Source: Tubiluchus corallicola (Eukaryota; Animalia; Priapulida). Taken from it: 64,000 nucleotides of DNA. The notes under the pieces are model-generated. The model saw only the letters and a program-made list of their open reading frames with translations, made no database searches and was not told the DNA's origin. How positions within the stretch are numbered: position 1 is the first letter of the stretch; every line of letters starts with the position of its first letter. The stretch is from assembly GCA_030141605.1 (NCBI GenBank), contig JAQGDQ010000691.1, positions 18,881 through 82,880 of the forward strand, written 5' to 3'. Both the position numbers and the translations under genes were made by a program. Below are positions 42,224 to 56,497 of the stretch, in pieces.

Positions 42224-43298
42224 CTGTTACGTAATAAATGACGTGTGTGAGTCACAATCACGACAAAACAACAACAAGTCACTTGAGCTAAACTAAGAAA
42301 AAGAGCACAAAATGGTATTAACAAATCACAGGGTGATGGGATTATCTGACAAGCGGGTTGATGGGTCAAAAAGTTCTACCGGCAAACAAAAAAGGAATAC
42401 ATCAATCTATAGGAAACGACACAGAACTGGTCAAAAGTTCCACAAACAGACTGCCTAGGAAATGAACACAGGAAACGAGACAGAACTGGTCAAAAGTTCC
42501 ACAGACAGACTGTCTAGGAAACGAGACAGAACTGGTCAAAAGTTCCACAGACAGACTGTCTAGGAAACGACACAGAACTGGTCAAAAGTTCCACAAACAG
42601 ACTGCCTAGGAAACGACACAGAACTGGTCAAAAGTTCCACAAACAGACTGCCTAGGAAACGACACAGAACTGGTCAAAAGTTCCACAAACAGACTGCGTA
42701 GGAAACGAGACAGAACTGGTCAAAAGTTCCACAGACAGACTGTCTAGGAAACGACACAGAACTGGTCAAAAGTTCCACAAACAGACTGCCTAGGAAACAA
42801 CACAGAACTGGTCAAAAGTTCCACAAACAGACTGCGTAGGAAATGAGACAGAACTGGTCAAAAGTTCCACAAACAGACTGTCTAGGAAACGACACAAAAC
42901 TGGTCAAAAGTTCCACAGACAGACTGTCTAGGAAACGACACAGAACTGGTCAAAAGTTCCACAAACAGACTGCCTAGGAAACGACACAGAACTGGTCAAA
43001 AGTTCCACAAACAGACTGCCCAAGGAAAAGAAAATTTAAGCTCATGAAAAAGCTGCTTTACGTATGTGACACTATTGTTGCAATATCTTTTCCCTTCAAA
43101 TTAGTTTAGTTATTCAGTTAACTAAAATGCAAGTTAATGCAATGTAAAATTTAGTCAATGCAATATAAACAACAGTAAAATTTATCTATGACTTGCTACA
43201 CAGTGAATGTTCTACAAGAACTTTTACAGCTTTCTGCAAGTTTCCAGCAACTTTTCTAATTCATCTTTCTATAGTTCTACTGATTAGCAAATGTACAA

Positions 43299-43335
<37 letters not shown>

Positions 43336-43745
43336 GCAAATGTACAAATGTCTAAATATATTTTGTCATATATTTCAAATAACTCAAGTTCAAGATTATC
43401 AAAAATTTTACTTTAGCTCTATATAATAAACTGCTACATGTAATGCATGAAAGAGTCGGTCTCTAGGAATCTACATGTTCATTACGCGAACATTTCAACT
43501 TAACGATCGTCTACGCTATTCTGATTTCGCTCTCAGTACTTTTGACACTAGAGTGATACCGTCGAGAAAATGACTGCAGAGTTGAAATGATAGTTTGACC
43601 TATTAGTGATCGTCTACGCTATTCTGATTTCGCTCTCAGTACTTTTGATGCTAAAGTGACACCGTCGTGAAAATGACTGTAGAGTTCAAATGATAGTTTG
43701 ACCATAATAAACATGTTGGTACGCATAAGTAAGTTCATAACTGAC

Positions 43746-43857
43746 CAATCAGAATAGTTGGTTTAATCTCTTTCACGCAAGCACTAAGTTCTTCTACTGG
43801 AGGATGTTCATGAGCAAACAAACTCTTCTCTTCAGAAATGCCACCTGCAGGGCGATT
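43746..43857 (-). CDS. ME: Malic enzyme exon NRPAGGISEEKSLFAHEHPPVEELSACVKEIKPTILI(G)
   Basis: FAHEH and IKPT.LIG motifs; ctag/gtcagt boundaries, 112 nt. Confidence 0.95.
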
Positions 43858-45496
43858 CTAGAAACATAAAAACCATATAAGAAGAAAACCATAAGCGACA
43901 AAATTAGTGATTAGTCATTTCTATGAAAATTGAGCACGATTTTTATGATAAACAAAAAGTGATGAATGAAAATCAATTTTAAAAAACAGATAAAAATGCT
44001 CAAGGCAACCGTCATTTTAAAATGAAAGGTGATTCACAAATTATAATAGTGCACAAATACTAATGGCGCGAACTTACTTTATTAAGATATTAATATTATT
44101 TATTTAAATAAGCCTTTTCACAGTTCCAGCGATTGATGGCGATCGTAAAAAAGATAAAAGGTTAAGTGAACCAAACAACACATTTGTGATACACTTGACA
44201 AAGCTGTGCAGCCCAAGCTATTGTAATAGCAACAGTTTTAACAGCTAGCTATAACCTTACCCAGTTCATTTTTTCTTGTTCCCAAAGCAAGATCCTGCTA
44301 GTAAATCACTTTACATGCAGGCTAATGCTTAATTAAGTACTATGCACAGACTAATACATAATTAAGTCCACGTAAAACAACAGAAGTTATTGAACCGATG
44401 CAGCAGACAGCTTTGCTTTACCCACACGTCACGTCCCGGTTATAGTTCAGGTGCGTTGCTGTGGCACACTTAACCTCTGACCTACAGCAACTGTGCACAA
44501 TGTTACCATGAAAAAGCTTATTGTATTTTATATCCTAAAAAAGACGTTTCATACTGAAGAATATTTTTTTGAACTTGCACAGCACCATATTCTTTAGGAA
44601 ACGCTACTACCTGTTACTTGAAAAGCTTAATGTATTTCATCCTAAAGTTTGCAAACTGTACATGAGACAAAATGGAACAAACTTTGGTTCTGGGAAAATC
44701 TGGTGCAAATTAAAAACATCGATATCAATGAGAGCATTAAAATTTATATCTTTATTGTATCGTTGATTTTGACGTACGTTTTTAATCTGACAAAACGGTG
44801 AATATGCCTCTTGTTGAATTTAATTATTGATTTATCACTCTTAATGTACGACACGAATTTTTCATTTCATCCAAATCTTATCTTATTGAGTTTTCCTAAA
44901 ATATTGTACTACAGGGTTGTGGTGAAGTGAAATGTAATCCCGGCAGGAGAATACAGTAGACTTCTCAGGTGTGCGTGTGAACGTGGCTTTATCTAGCACA
45001 GACTCATATTCTGACCTTGTGTTAGTAAAAGCCACTAGTCACGTGCACACCTGAGCTTATAAAAAGGGAAGGTCTGCTGTAGACCCTTATCAGGGGTCGT
45101 GTCTTTCATTGCAGCTCTGTTCACATTTCACAGGCTTTGCCACAAACTCCGTTCTTCTAGGTAAACTGTTTGTTCCTTATTGGTGGTGTAATATGTAGTA
45201 ATAAATTGTCATTTCGACTCTATTATTCGGGTTCTGTTTGGGTTTGGTGTTGAAGGACTTACTTGGGACATGCCGCACAGTGTGGTGCCATCTGTCCTGC
45301 CTCCATTAAAAGCGGAGAGCAGTCCAATATCCTACACTACCGCTTATGTTCTAACAATATCATGCTCCAAAAATACAGCAGCCCGCCCACTGACACTACT
45401 GCTCTACCACATTTGTGCAAGAAGATTATTTTGTGTAAAAACTGCGTCACAGTAACAGCAAAAACGCGTTCAGTTATTTTAAATCTAGTTTATTAC

Positions 45497-45610
45497 CTTA
45501 ACTAATAAACCTTTGGAGTCGACCATCCAAATCTTCTTAATGGCCTCCTCGTTTGGGGTCCCCTCTTCTTCCATGGCGAGCATAATTAGCTTAGCGATAC
45601 CTAAATTAGC
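45497..45610 (-). CDS. ME: Malic enzyme exon ANLGIAKLIMLAMEEEGTPNEEAIKKIWMVDSKGLLVK
   Basis: IWMVDSKGL motif; ttcag/gtaata boundaries, 114 nt. DSK here plus the Lys of EEKSLFAH in the next exon match the NADP-preferring signature (S346/K347/K362 numbering). Confidence 0.96.
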
Positions 45611-45662
45611 CTGAATAAACGAGGACAAAATTTTAGTCATAACCAAAAAAAAATGTGGAGTA

Positions 45663-46165
45663 CCGTATTTTCCCATGTATAAGAGACCCTTTTTTGCTCA
45701 GAATTTTCACTTTAAAAATAGGTGCTCTACAACTGTTTTATTTCGAATAATTATAGTTTCCTTTCAATAAATCTTCTCCATGGCTAAATTCTAATGATAA
45801 AATTAATGTACCGGGTAAGTTATTATTTTTTTAAATGTCTCTTTGGTATTGGAGAGAAATCGATTGTTCTGCAGCCAATCAACGCATCTGCATAAGCTCT
45901 CTGCATGCCCGTCGACGTCATTGATACGTCGGCAGAGGTCAACGAGATGAGTCAGCCTAAGCAAGGCGTGTCGCGTTCGACTATGAAGCGGTTGTAAGCA
46001 ATACAAGCATCGTGACACAGGTCTGACTCCAGTTGATATTTTTGATGAGAGTGATGAGGAATTTAATGATTTCTATGATGAATAAAGTTATTCATTACCA
46101 AAAAACTTTTTTCCAGAATTTTTGCCTAAAAATTGAAAGGGTCTCTTATACATGGGAAAATACGG
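45663..46165. mobile_element. Tc1/mariner (pogo/Tc2-like) MITE in an ME intron
   Basis: TA|ccgtattttcccatgtataagagaccct ... agggtctcttatacatgggaaaatacgg|TA. Confidence 0.92.
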
Positions 46166-46862
46166 TATATCACATAGGACCTGGTCTTTTCACACAAATC
46201 AATAACTACGTTAAAATTTTCATAGGAAAATTAGTCCCCAAAAATAGACAAAAATAGATATTTTACTTGAATAGTATAAAGGTTACTAAATTCTTTTTAA
46301 ATTAAAACAATTCCTAAACAGATTGTTCTCATAAATCTAACGATATTAACAAAAGAATCGTCACTGTTACAAGCATTGATATTTATCGTATTTTTAACAA
46401 GCTTTGTCCTAAAAACTATGTACTTAATTTGCAGTTTTTATTTTTTGTCACAGCAATGTTCATGGTTTCACAAACAATAATGAATCGCTCTAAAAGATGT
46501 GAGATATAAGATCTATTTATTTCGCACAATAGAACAGCAAGGCTAACAATACTTAAACTTAAATGGGTAAAAAAGGGAAGGCCGTGTATAAGAAACGACA
46601 TTCTAAGGAAAAACAGTACCTAACATTAGCTAATAGTGATCTAAGTTATGAAATGCGGAAAGGAAACTGAAAGGAAGAATGATTTACAACAAAGAAAAAT
46701 TGATGAGGTAACTCGTTGCACATTCAAAGAAAGCAGAGAGGAGATCAACACAATGGACAAATAAATAAGGATTTATTCACGTGGGATTCTAAGGTTCTAT
46801 GAAGTTCTTCTAACTTGCGATGAAATATCTGTGTTCCTTAAAAGTACTTCAAGAGAACTTAC

Positions 46863-46960
46863 TTCACCGGCACCTTGAAACAGGAAAGTGTTGTCAGCAA
46901 GTTTTGAATTCGTAATGCGAAGACTAGCTAGAACTCCTGCCAATGCAACTGATGCAGTTC
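46863..46960 (-). CDS. ME: Malic enzyme exon [33 protein letters not shown] (not in the ORF track)
   Basis: GTASVA..G and the FQGAGE dinucleotide-binding motif; tttcag/gtaagt boundaries, 98 nt. Confidence 0.96.
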
Positions 46961-47766
46961 CTGAAATTGATGGTTACATGGTCATAGAAGCGATAAGTTG
47001 TAGCACGAGCAATGGCGTTTGAAACAACAATCATTCGTTAATTAAAACTATGATGTTTCAAAGAATAACCTGCTTCATCTGAGTGAATAATAAATTATAA
47101 TCCAACACAGAGTTCTTTTGAAGAGCATGTAAACAAGTGAGCATGCGTTAAAACTACTAAACAAAAAATTAAGAAGTTTCGTTGCCTTATTTAAGTTGCC
47201 TTCCCACACAAACTTATATGACTTTACATTACGCTTACCTGTTTGAGAGACTTCTGTAATTAGAAAAGAAATTATTTAGTAATTTAAGATGTTTGCACCA
47301 CCTGCACTGCATCGGTATCCCAGCGTGCACCACTGATTCACTAAATAACACATTATTGTTCTTATTGGCAATATAACGTCATTTCAACTTGTGATTAGCT
47401 AGCGAAGAGTATGCTCTGATTATATTTTCAAATTTTTACGCTAAGTTACCTAAATTTATTCCAAACGACTCTCAAAATGGCTGCATCTATCGGTTCACGT
47501 GGGGGTGTTTACATTTATAAGTTTTACACAGCGTTACTGCCAATGCAACCCCTGCACGCAATAAGACAACACACATTGAAGACAAATTTTTTAAGCGTTG
47601 TTTATGAAGTGATTCTTGTGTTTTAAGCAGAACTCGCTTACAAAAAGTCACGAGTTATGAGACAATTAGCAAGTAAATGGGGGTTAGAACCTGAACAGAG
47701 TTTTTTGACCAAATTTCTTGATTATATTACTAATTAATTATGACTTATGATTATGAATTATTAATT

Positions 47767-48074
47767 ATTGTCGAAATTTTTATAAACCATAACGGTTTAT
47801 TTTACGAATTATTACCCACTGCAGGTAATGAGTTAGAGAAAGCAAACACTGAAAAACTGTGGACTAGTCGGGATCTGAACCCGAGACCTGGGATTATGAG
47901 TGAGATGCTGGACTGGTAGCTTAAGTGGTAGAGCGTGGAAGCATTAATCCCAGGTTTCGGGTTCGAATCCCGACTATTCCAGAGTTTTTCAGTGTCTCGT
48001 TTCTCCACACCGTTACCCACAATTGGTAATAATTCCTAAAATAAATTGCAACGGTTTATAAAAATTCTGACAAT
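47767..48074. mobile_element. Fold-back element with about 130-bp arms containing tRNA-derived sequence
   Basis: 47767..47896 is the imperfect reverse complement of about 47946..48074. A tRNA-like unit at about 47909..47981 has an A-box tagcttaagtgg and a B-box ggttcgaatcc. Confidence 0.8.
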
Positions 48075-48235
48075 CATATTCACAATTTCTTTATTATATC
48101 TTTTTAAGTTTAAGCGATGTCAGTAACATAAATTCAACATTGTACTTTTCTTTAATAAAGTAGTGAAGCCTTTTAATTTTCTAGTTTAGTATCTCAAAAC
48201 TTGCTCCTTTAGTTAAAAGCGGCCCGAGGTGCCTA

Positions 48236-48457
<222 letters not shown>

Positions 48458-48482
48458 CTATAGAAAAAGATATACCTGTAGC

Positions 48483-50432
48483 TTATGCAGAATTTAGTTA
48501 ATAAATGTAGCCTTTGTACTCCAGAGGATACAAATCCTGCAGAACTTATGCAGAATTTAGTTAATAAATGTAGCCTTTGTACTCTAGAGGATACAAATCC
48601 TGCAGAATTTATGCAGAATTTAGTTAATAAATGTAGCCTTTGTACTCTAGAGAATACAAATCCTGCAGAACTTATGCAGAATTTAGTTAATAAATGTAGC
48701 CTTTGTACTCTAGAGGATACAAATCCTGCAGAGCTTATGCAGAATTTAGTTAATAAATGTAGCCTTTGTACTCTAGAGGATACAAATCCTGCAGAGCTTA
48801 TGCAGAATTTAGTTAATAAATGTAGCCTTTGTACTCCAGAGGATACAAATCCTGCAGAACTTATGCAGAATTTAGTTAATAAATGTAGCCTTTGTACTCT
48901 AGAGAATACAAATCCTGCAGAATTTATGCAGAATTTAGTTAATAAATGTAGCCTTTGTACTCTAGAGAATACAAATCCTGTAGAATTTATGCAGAATTTA
49001 GTTAATAAATGTAGCCTTTGTACTCTAGAGAATACAAATCCTGTAGAATTTATGCAGAATTTAGTTAATAAATGTAGCCTTTGTACTGTAGAGGATACAA
49101 GTCCTGCAGAACTTATGCAGAATTTAGTTAATAAATGTAGCCTTTGTACTCTAGAGAATACAAATCCTGCAGAACTTATGCAGAATTTAGTTAATAAATG
49201 TAACCGTTGTACTCTAGGTGATACAAATCCTGCAGAATTTATGCAGAATTCAGTTAATAAATCTAGCCTTTGTACTCTAGAGGATACAAATCCTGCAGAA
49301 CATATGCAGAATTTAGTTAATAAATGTAGCCTTTGTACTCTAGAGAATACAAATCCTGCAGAACATATGCAGAATTTAGTTAATAAATGTAGCCTTTGTA
49401 CTCTAGAGAATACAAATCCTGCAGAATTTATGCAGAATTTAGTTAATAAATGTAGCCTTTGTACTCTAGAGAATACAAATCCTGCAGAACTTATGCAGAA
49501 TTTAGTTAATAAATGTAGCCTTTGTACTCTAGAGGATACAAATCCTGCAGAGCTTATGCAGAATTTAGTTAATAAATGTAGCCTTTGTACTCTAGAGGAT
49601 ACAAATCCTGCAGAGCTTATGCAGAATTTAGTTAATAAATGTAGCCTTTGTACTCCAGAGGATACAAATCCTGCAGAACTTATGCAGAATTTAGTTAATA
49701 AATGTAGCCTTTGTACTCTAGAGAATACAAATCCTGCAGAATTTATGCAGAATTTAGTTAATAAATGTAGCCTTTGTACTCCAGAGGATACAAATCCTGC
49801 AGAACATATGCAGAATTTAGTTAATAAATGTAGCCTTTGTACTCCAGAGGATACAAATCCTGCAGAACTTATGCAGAATTTAGTTAATAAATGTAGCCGT
49901 TGTACTCTAGAGGATACAAGTCATGCAGAACTTATGCAGAATGTAGTTAATAAATGTAGCCTTTGTACTCTAGAGGATACAAATCCTGCAGAGCTTATGC
50001 AGAATTTAGTTAATAAATGTAGCCTTTGTACTCTAGAGGATACAAATCCTGCAGAGCTTATGCAGAATTTAGTTAATAAATGTAGCCTTTGTACTCTAGA
50101 GAATACAAATCCTGCAGAATTTATGCAGAATTTAGTTAATAAATGTAGCCTTTGTACTCTAGGTGATACAAATCCTGCAGAGCTTATGCAGAATTTAGTT
50201 AATAAATGTAGCCTTTGTACTCTAGAGGATATAAATCCTGCAGAACTTATGCAGAATTTAGTTAATAAATGTAGCCTTTGTACTCTAGAGAATACAAATC
50301 CTGCAGAACTTATGCAGAATGTAGTTAATAAATGTAGCCTTTGTACTCTAGAGGATACAAATCCTGCAGAATTTATGCAGAATTTAGTTAATAAATGTAG
50401 CCTTTGTACTCTAGAAGATACAAATCCTGCAG
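48483..50432. repeat. 63-bp minisatellite, about 31 copies, in an ME intron
   Basis: Unit ttatgcagaatttagttaataaatgtagcctttgtactctagaggatacaaatcctgcagaac; gives the 21-aa-periodic ORF 48485..50455. Confidence 0.97.
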
Positions 50433-51967
50433 ATAGCCTTAGAACATTTCTCTGAGTTGCAAAAAACATTGAATTTGTGAGCCGACTAAAAAAAATCACG
50501 GTTACACATTCAAATCACAAGCCCTCAGAACTTTCCTCCTATTGCAAAATATGTTCCCTTTATGAACTGACAAAAAATCAAGGTTTGTCGTATTTTGATT
50601 GGTAAATTTAAACTTTATTTTTTCACTACCACTAAGTCAGTGCTGACATCTGTTTGTACACTTGAAAGTTTCCAATATATGTATGTACTTGCTACCGCTA
50701 TATGTTTGTATGGAACTGGGTTACTGGGCTTCTCTGTGAATGTAGTAGTTTTTCACACTTGGTAGCAAGATTAGAGGACAATCAATAGGCTTTAACAGTT
50801 GAGTGGTTATAATAACATAAAAATAACGTTTTGACTCAGGTGCCATGATATATTGGCTGATGGATTTACTCTAACTTTTGTTTACTACTGTTGATTATGT
50901 TTACAATTTTCGTGTATATGTGGATTGACTATGATTTTGAGTAAAATACAGATCACAAAGTTAAACCATGTTTTCATCCATTGATTTCATCTGTTTAACA
51001 CGAACATCGCGACTACAAAAACAGTCTGATAAACCTGCCAATGTCGGTTGTTGGCTCTCCCCAAAACACCCCAGCGACAATTTTAGCATCACGACACGGT
51101 TGCCCATTCAAATCAAAAACCCTCAGAACCTTCCTCCCAATTACGGGGTTTCCTATTCGAATCAGCATCACAGAAGGAGCTTCTAAACTAGTTTCCAGCT
51201 GAAACACTATCATCACCACACTTGGCACAAACTGCTAATGCTTACAGCATTGTCAATTTACTATTTTAATCACATAGGCACAATGATAGCTATAAATAAT
51301 TGGCTAGGTTAATGAGAAGATAACTATGTAAAAAAGTTAATACAATATTGAGTAACCTGCCCCTGGGCTACCTGACCAAAACTGCACCCTCAACCTTGAG
51401 CCCCTGATAACAAATGACCTACTCCCTCCCACAAAAGCTCTAAATACATATTAGACATAAGAAACACATTGACAAACGCAAAGCCCATAAAACTTCAAGC
51501 TCTGAAAGCATGAGAAGCATTATATGAAAGTTACTGTCTCGACGTTAGACACACATTTTCTAACTATGCGTATTTTGAATACTCTGTTGCCATGGCAATA
51601 TTCAGTTTCTTAAATCATTGTGCGCTAGCAGAGGATTCAATCTATTGCAGGATCCAGGAAAAACCGATTACATTTGCAGAAAGCATATTATTTGATACAC
51701 ATATGAGAAAAATGCTGACTATGTTCAAGCCAAATAAAAATAATTGTTGGTTTTGATGTAACTGAGTGCAAAAGATTTATGATAAGAATATTGTAACAAA
51801 ATAGGGTGATGCCGACAGACATGGTAAACACCATTAGACAGAAAGTTGTCGAATAAACTTGTGCAAATAGCAATTTAATCACAAGATTGCTCTTTTTGCA
51901 TCTTCCGCGCCAGTGGAACAGGTGCTGACATGTTAAAAAGCACTACTAAACCACTATATCCCAGCAT

Positions 51968-52168
51968 GGTTTCGCAATGGACAGAACCATTACAGTGGAG
52001 GGGGTGGGGGTGAAACAAGGTTTCGTAATGGACAGAACCATTACAGTGGACGGGGTGGGGGTGAAACAAGGTTTCGCAATGGACAGAACCATTACAGTGG
52101 ACGGGGTGGGGGTGAAACAAGGTTTCGTAATGGACAGAACCGTTACAGTGGACGGGGCGGGGGTGAAA
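51968..52168. repeat. 51-bp minisatellite, about 4 copies
   Basis: Unit ggtttcgyaatggacagaaccattacagtggacggggtgggggtgaaacaa. Confidence 0.9.
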
Positions 52169-53248
52169 ATAAATGATATTTTGCCGCCGTTACAATATTA
52201 TGACACTTACTGGATGCCAGAACATTATTAGGAAGAACACCCACCGATTTTATCTAATGGTATTCCAGAGTTAATGTATGAAATGCTGTCAATATTTTGA
52301 ATAAAATTTTGTTGATGAGTTTGAAAAGTTGCAGACTGAGGGAAGCCACTAGCCTCCTACAAAACCTCCTACTCCTACCTGCCTGCCTGCCAGTCTGTCT
52401 GTCCAAGGCCTGTGTGCCTTACATAACCTTCAGCCAAAGAACTAAGTTTAGTGAGAATAACTAAAAAAAATTCAACTGACTAAATATCTGGCGAATGAAC
52501 ACTGCCATAATGTATAAACAACATTATTCAAGGTTATGTTTCTCAATGCTTAGACTGCACCTCAACTTTAAAGTGGATTATCTCAGTTTAGAAATAACAC
52601 AGAGTGATGAACTTGGTATCAAAATGATTCTCATGAAACGGAGATTCAGGATATGTGAATAACTAAAAAACTTTAATTACCGAGTTATGCACGATTTTGC
52701 TACGCAAGCATACATATTATATATACCTACTCACTCAAACACGGGTCAACTTATACTTACGATATGTTTTTGGGAGATGTCGCTAAAGAGTCGTCTAAAA
52801 TACGAATATGTAAAGAAATAATCCTTCATTATACACTAAACCGAATGAACGCTTGTACTGTGATACTTCACATCAGAGAATGGTTCACATCTTGACATTA
52901 CTTCACAAAATTAATAAATATTACTGTAATTTGTTTTAATGCATGTGAAATTAAGCTAAAATTTATATATTACTGGTAAATAAACTAGCGACGGAGCACT
53001 CGATCAGAACATGGAGAATCACCAATGTTGTGCAGGTGCTGCCACCTGTTGGCTTTCGCGGGAATTTTTACACTGGCTTTCTATATGCTTGTCTTATTGG
53101 CAAAATATCGATTACCAGCATACACGCGTATATAAAACACAACTACGCAGAGGTATTAATTTTAGTAAATTAGTTTTTCTTCAAATGGGAAGGTGATGAA
53201 CCACAAGTAATTGACATCATTTACTCTGGAAGATCTTAATATTTTATG

Positions 53249-53460
53249 GTCGACTTGTACACAGGTAATATATAAAATGATGCAATTTTTGCTCTTAAAA
53301 TGCTCATCGACTTGTACACAGGTAAGATATAAAATGATGCAATTTTTGCTCTTAAAATGCACATCGACTTGTACACAGGTAATATATAAAATGATGCAAT
53401 TTCTGGTCTTAAAATACACATCGACTTGTACATAAGGTCGACTTGTACACATGTAATATA
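53249..53460. repeat. 57-bp minisatellite, about 3.5 copies
   Basis: Repeated tcgacttgtacacaggtaatatataaaatgatgcaatttt. Confidence 0.85.
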
Positions 53461-53520
53461 CAGTAACAGCACTACTGCAAAATAAACGCATCTACAGAAT
53501 AGAGAGTTATGACGACGTAC

Positions 53521-53624
53521 CGTTTCACAACGGCTTGTAGAAATTCATCAATGAGATCATCGTATTGCTGTCCAGTGACTCTCCGATGTCGCAACCCCAT
53601 GTAGTATGGGTCATCCAGTAATTT
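53521..53624 (-). CDS. ME: Malic enzyme exon [34 protein letters not shown](R)
   Basis: LL.DP.Y.GLR and YD..IDEF motifs; cag/gtacgt boundaries; phase matches neighbouring exons. Confidence 0.95.
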
Positions 53625-54139
53625 CTGCATAAACATAAGAGTTAGACACATGCTGTCAATCATTTCGCTTAGGCATTTGCTCTAAAGCAGAGTTAATAGA
53701 TGTTTTTATTTAGTTTTTAATGTAAACAAAAATCAGTTTTTAATCTTAAAACCAAATACACAATATCGTGTATGATGAAGTTAATGAATTAATGAAATTA
53801 AAATACAAACGGTGATCACCCACTGTAACGATATACAACTTCTGAAAATTGTAAATTAAGCCTAATCAAATTAGAATTTATACCGATTAATCGATTTTAT
53901 CAAAAGTCAGTCGACGTGACGTTTGACTAAGCGCTCGATCATAAATTAACATAATCAATGATTGCTTATTATGATAAGTGTAAGAATTTGCACATAGGCA
54001 CCTCTTTCTGCCGTTTAATTGCAGCATCGACAGCAACAAATGTCACTAGTAAAATATTTTAATGAAAATGCGTGATAACTTATGCAAACAAAACAATTAC
54101 TTAGCTAAAAAAATCACTGACGATCAACATCGAGACATT

Positions 54140-54633
54140 GCGGCTTACAGTAAGGTTCAATATGGGATATCTGTGCGCAGCACGGCTTACAGCAAGGTTC
54201 AATATGGGATATCTGTGCGCAGCGCGGCTTACGGCAAGGTTCAATAAGGGATATCTGTGCACAGCGCGGCTTACAGCAAGGTTCAATATGGGATATCTGT
54301 GCGCAGTGCGGCTTACAGCAAGGTTCAACATGGGATATCTGTACACAGGGCGGCTTACAGCAAGGTTCAATATGGGATATCTGTGCACAGCGTTTACTAT
54401 TCTGTGACATTCTTATTTGATTTCCGGCACAGACTGATTCCCAACACGCAGCGCAGCTTACAGCAAGGTTCAATATGGGATATCTGTGCACAGGGTGGCT
54501 TACAGTAAGGTTCAATATGGGATATCTGTGCACAGGGTGGCTTACAGCAAGGTTCAATATGGGATATCTGTGCGCAGCGTTTACTATTCTGTGACACTCT
54601 TACTTGATTTCCGGCACAGACTGATTCCCAACA
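54140..54633. repeat. 42-bp minisatellite with a duplicated 3' flank
   Basis: Unit ggcttacagcaaggttcaatatgggatatctgtgcgcagcgc; the flank gtttactattctgtgaca...ttcccaacac occurs twice. Confidence 0.9.
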
Positions 54634-54723
54634 CAAGTTCTGATTATTCCATAAAAATTCCATTATAAATATAACTTTACACGCCTTGAACCAGAAATTT
54701 CATAACTTCATGTAAAAAAGTCA

Positions 54724-54924
<201 letters not shown>

Positions 54925-55039
54925 CTATAAAATACATACGACCAAAATCATAATTTTACAGCAAAATGTCCTGCCCTATAGCCTCAGTAACTTGACAATG
55001 TATTTAGTCATACATTAGTGAACATGCCTTGTGACCTCT

Positions 55040-55468
55040 ATGGTTGAGCATCGAACGTTTGAGTTTGAATTCAATTCAAACTGTTTTTTTAGTTGAATTC
55101 GACTCGAACCACAAAAAATTAAATAATTCAGCACTTCAACTACATAAGTTCCTTATCATTAAGACGTTTAAACAAGATGCAACAATCACAGTTTAGCTGC
55201 GATTTCTTTAGCTAAGAAAATTCTTTAGCTATTTCTTTAGCCTAATCTTTAAAAAAATTACTAGTGTTTTTACTGCAGAACAAAATCAAGCATTACGCAA
55301 TCTTCCATTATTCCATTATGGGACTGGCTTTTCTTAGTAAATAAAAAATGTTTAAAACTGAATTTGAATTTGATTCAGACTCGAAAAAACTGAAATTTGG
55401 TTTGATTCGAGTTCGAAAGTCACAAATTCCAATCGAATGCGTTGCTTAGTAGAGAATGTTCACAGCTA
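55040..55468. mobile_element. Old decayed copy of the hAT MITE family at 11813 and 61731
   Basis: tgagcatcgaacg ... aaagtcacaaattc ... agagaatgttcac is colinear with 11813..12209. Confidence 0.75.
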
Positions 55469-56418
55469 ATAAAACCATGTCTAGAAACTTTCGTAAGTTA
55501 GATAGGGAAATATCATACAGCAAATCTCTATTACTAAGTATTTATTCCAGCCTACAGAGAAACACATAATTCTGCATGTACATAATGTGCCAATATGTTA
55601 ACAACGCTACTGTGGAAGTTGGAATTGTACATTGTAATTAGGTGCTGCCATCTATGTGCTAATCCTGTTACATTCTACCAGCTGACTTACCTTCAGTATA
55701 ATTGTATGGTCCAGTGACTACATACACAGTGGCCCTCTCCCTATCTAAAATTAATGGTTGTTGCGAAGCCTGTGCAACTCTGCATAGGTCAAGTTCTATA
55801 CCTGTATACTGGCTGTGAAACCGGTTTTACTGACTGTTTTTGCTTTCTAGTTTTTGCTCAATGTTCAGTGCAGCAGTTTTGCTACTAATGTTTCTATAGT
55901 TTAATAAACACTTTACTGTTGTGTGCAGTGCAAATATTTATTATAGATTTTTGGTTCCTATTCATACTTCTCTGTGCCTAAACTCAATCATAACAAAAAA
56001 AACATGCTAACAGTTATGCTAGGTCATTAGCAACAAGCTTTATCACGTGACCGAACACTTTGACTAGAAAAAGAAATATCCTGCTGCCTCACAAACCATC
56101 AATCCTTCTCTAGAGCTGCTCAATGAAAAAGTATCACTTCTTTAACAGTACCTAGACAGTGCCACACCCACACTCATAAGCATCAGCACCATTTTGTCAA
56201 CATCATCGTCATCATCATGATCACCATCCTCAACATAATCATCATCGCCATATCATCACCATCCTCAACATAATCATCATCACCATCATGATCGCCATCA
56301 CCATCATGATCATTATAGCCCCGCTATTATCATGGGAATCGCAACCAATGCTATTGTGAAGACAAAAACGACAGACACATGTTCAGTATACATTTTAATT
56401 CACATCTACTTTATTTAC

Positions 56419-56497
56419 CTTCACATCTTCAGTGTCTGGCCAGTTTGATAAGATATCTTCAATGTGTCCGGCATCGTGAACAGTGACATACAAACCC
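56419..56497 (-). CDS. ME: Malic enzyme exon (R)GLYVTVHDAGHIEDILSNWPDTEDVK; most 5' exon I could find
   Basis: ttttag acceptor and gtaaat donor, 79 nt; resembles the malic enzyme segment RGLFITIHDRGHI...NAWP. Confidence 0.9.

Noticed and set aside
47909-47981. Functional tRNA gene
   Set aside because: The anticodon arm pairs poorly and the unit sits in a fold-back repeat with a second partial inverted copy; better treated as tRNA-derived.
48485-50455. 656-aa Cys-rich repeat protein
   Set aside because: It coincides exactly with a 63-bp minisatellite, lies antisense within an ME intron and has no unique domains.
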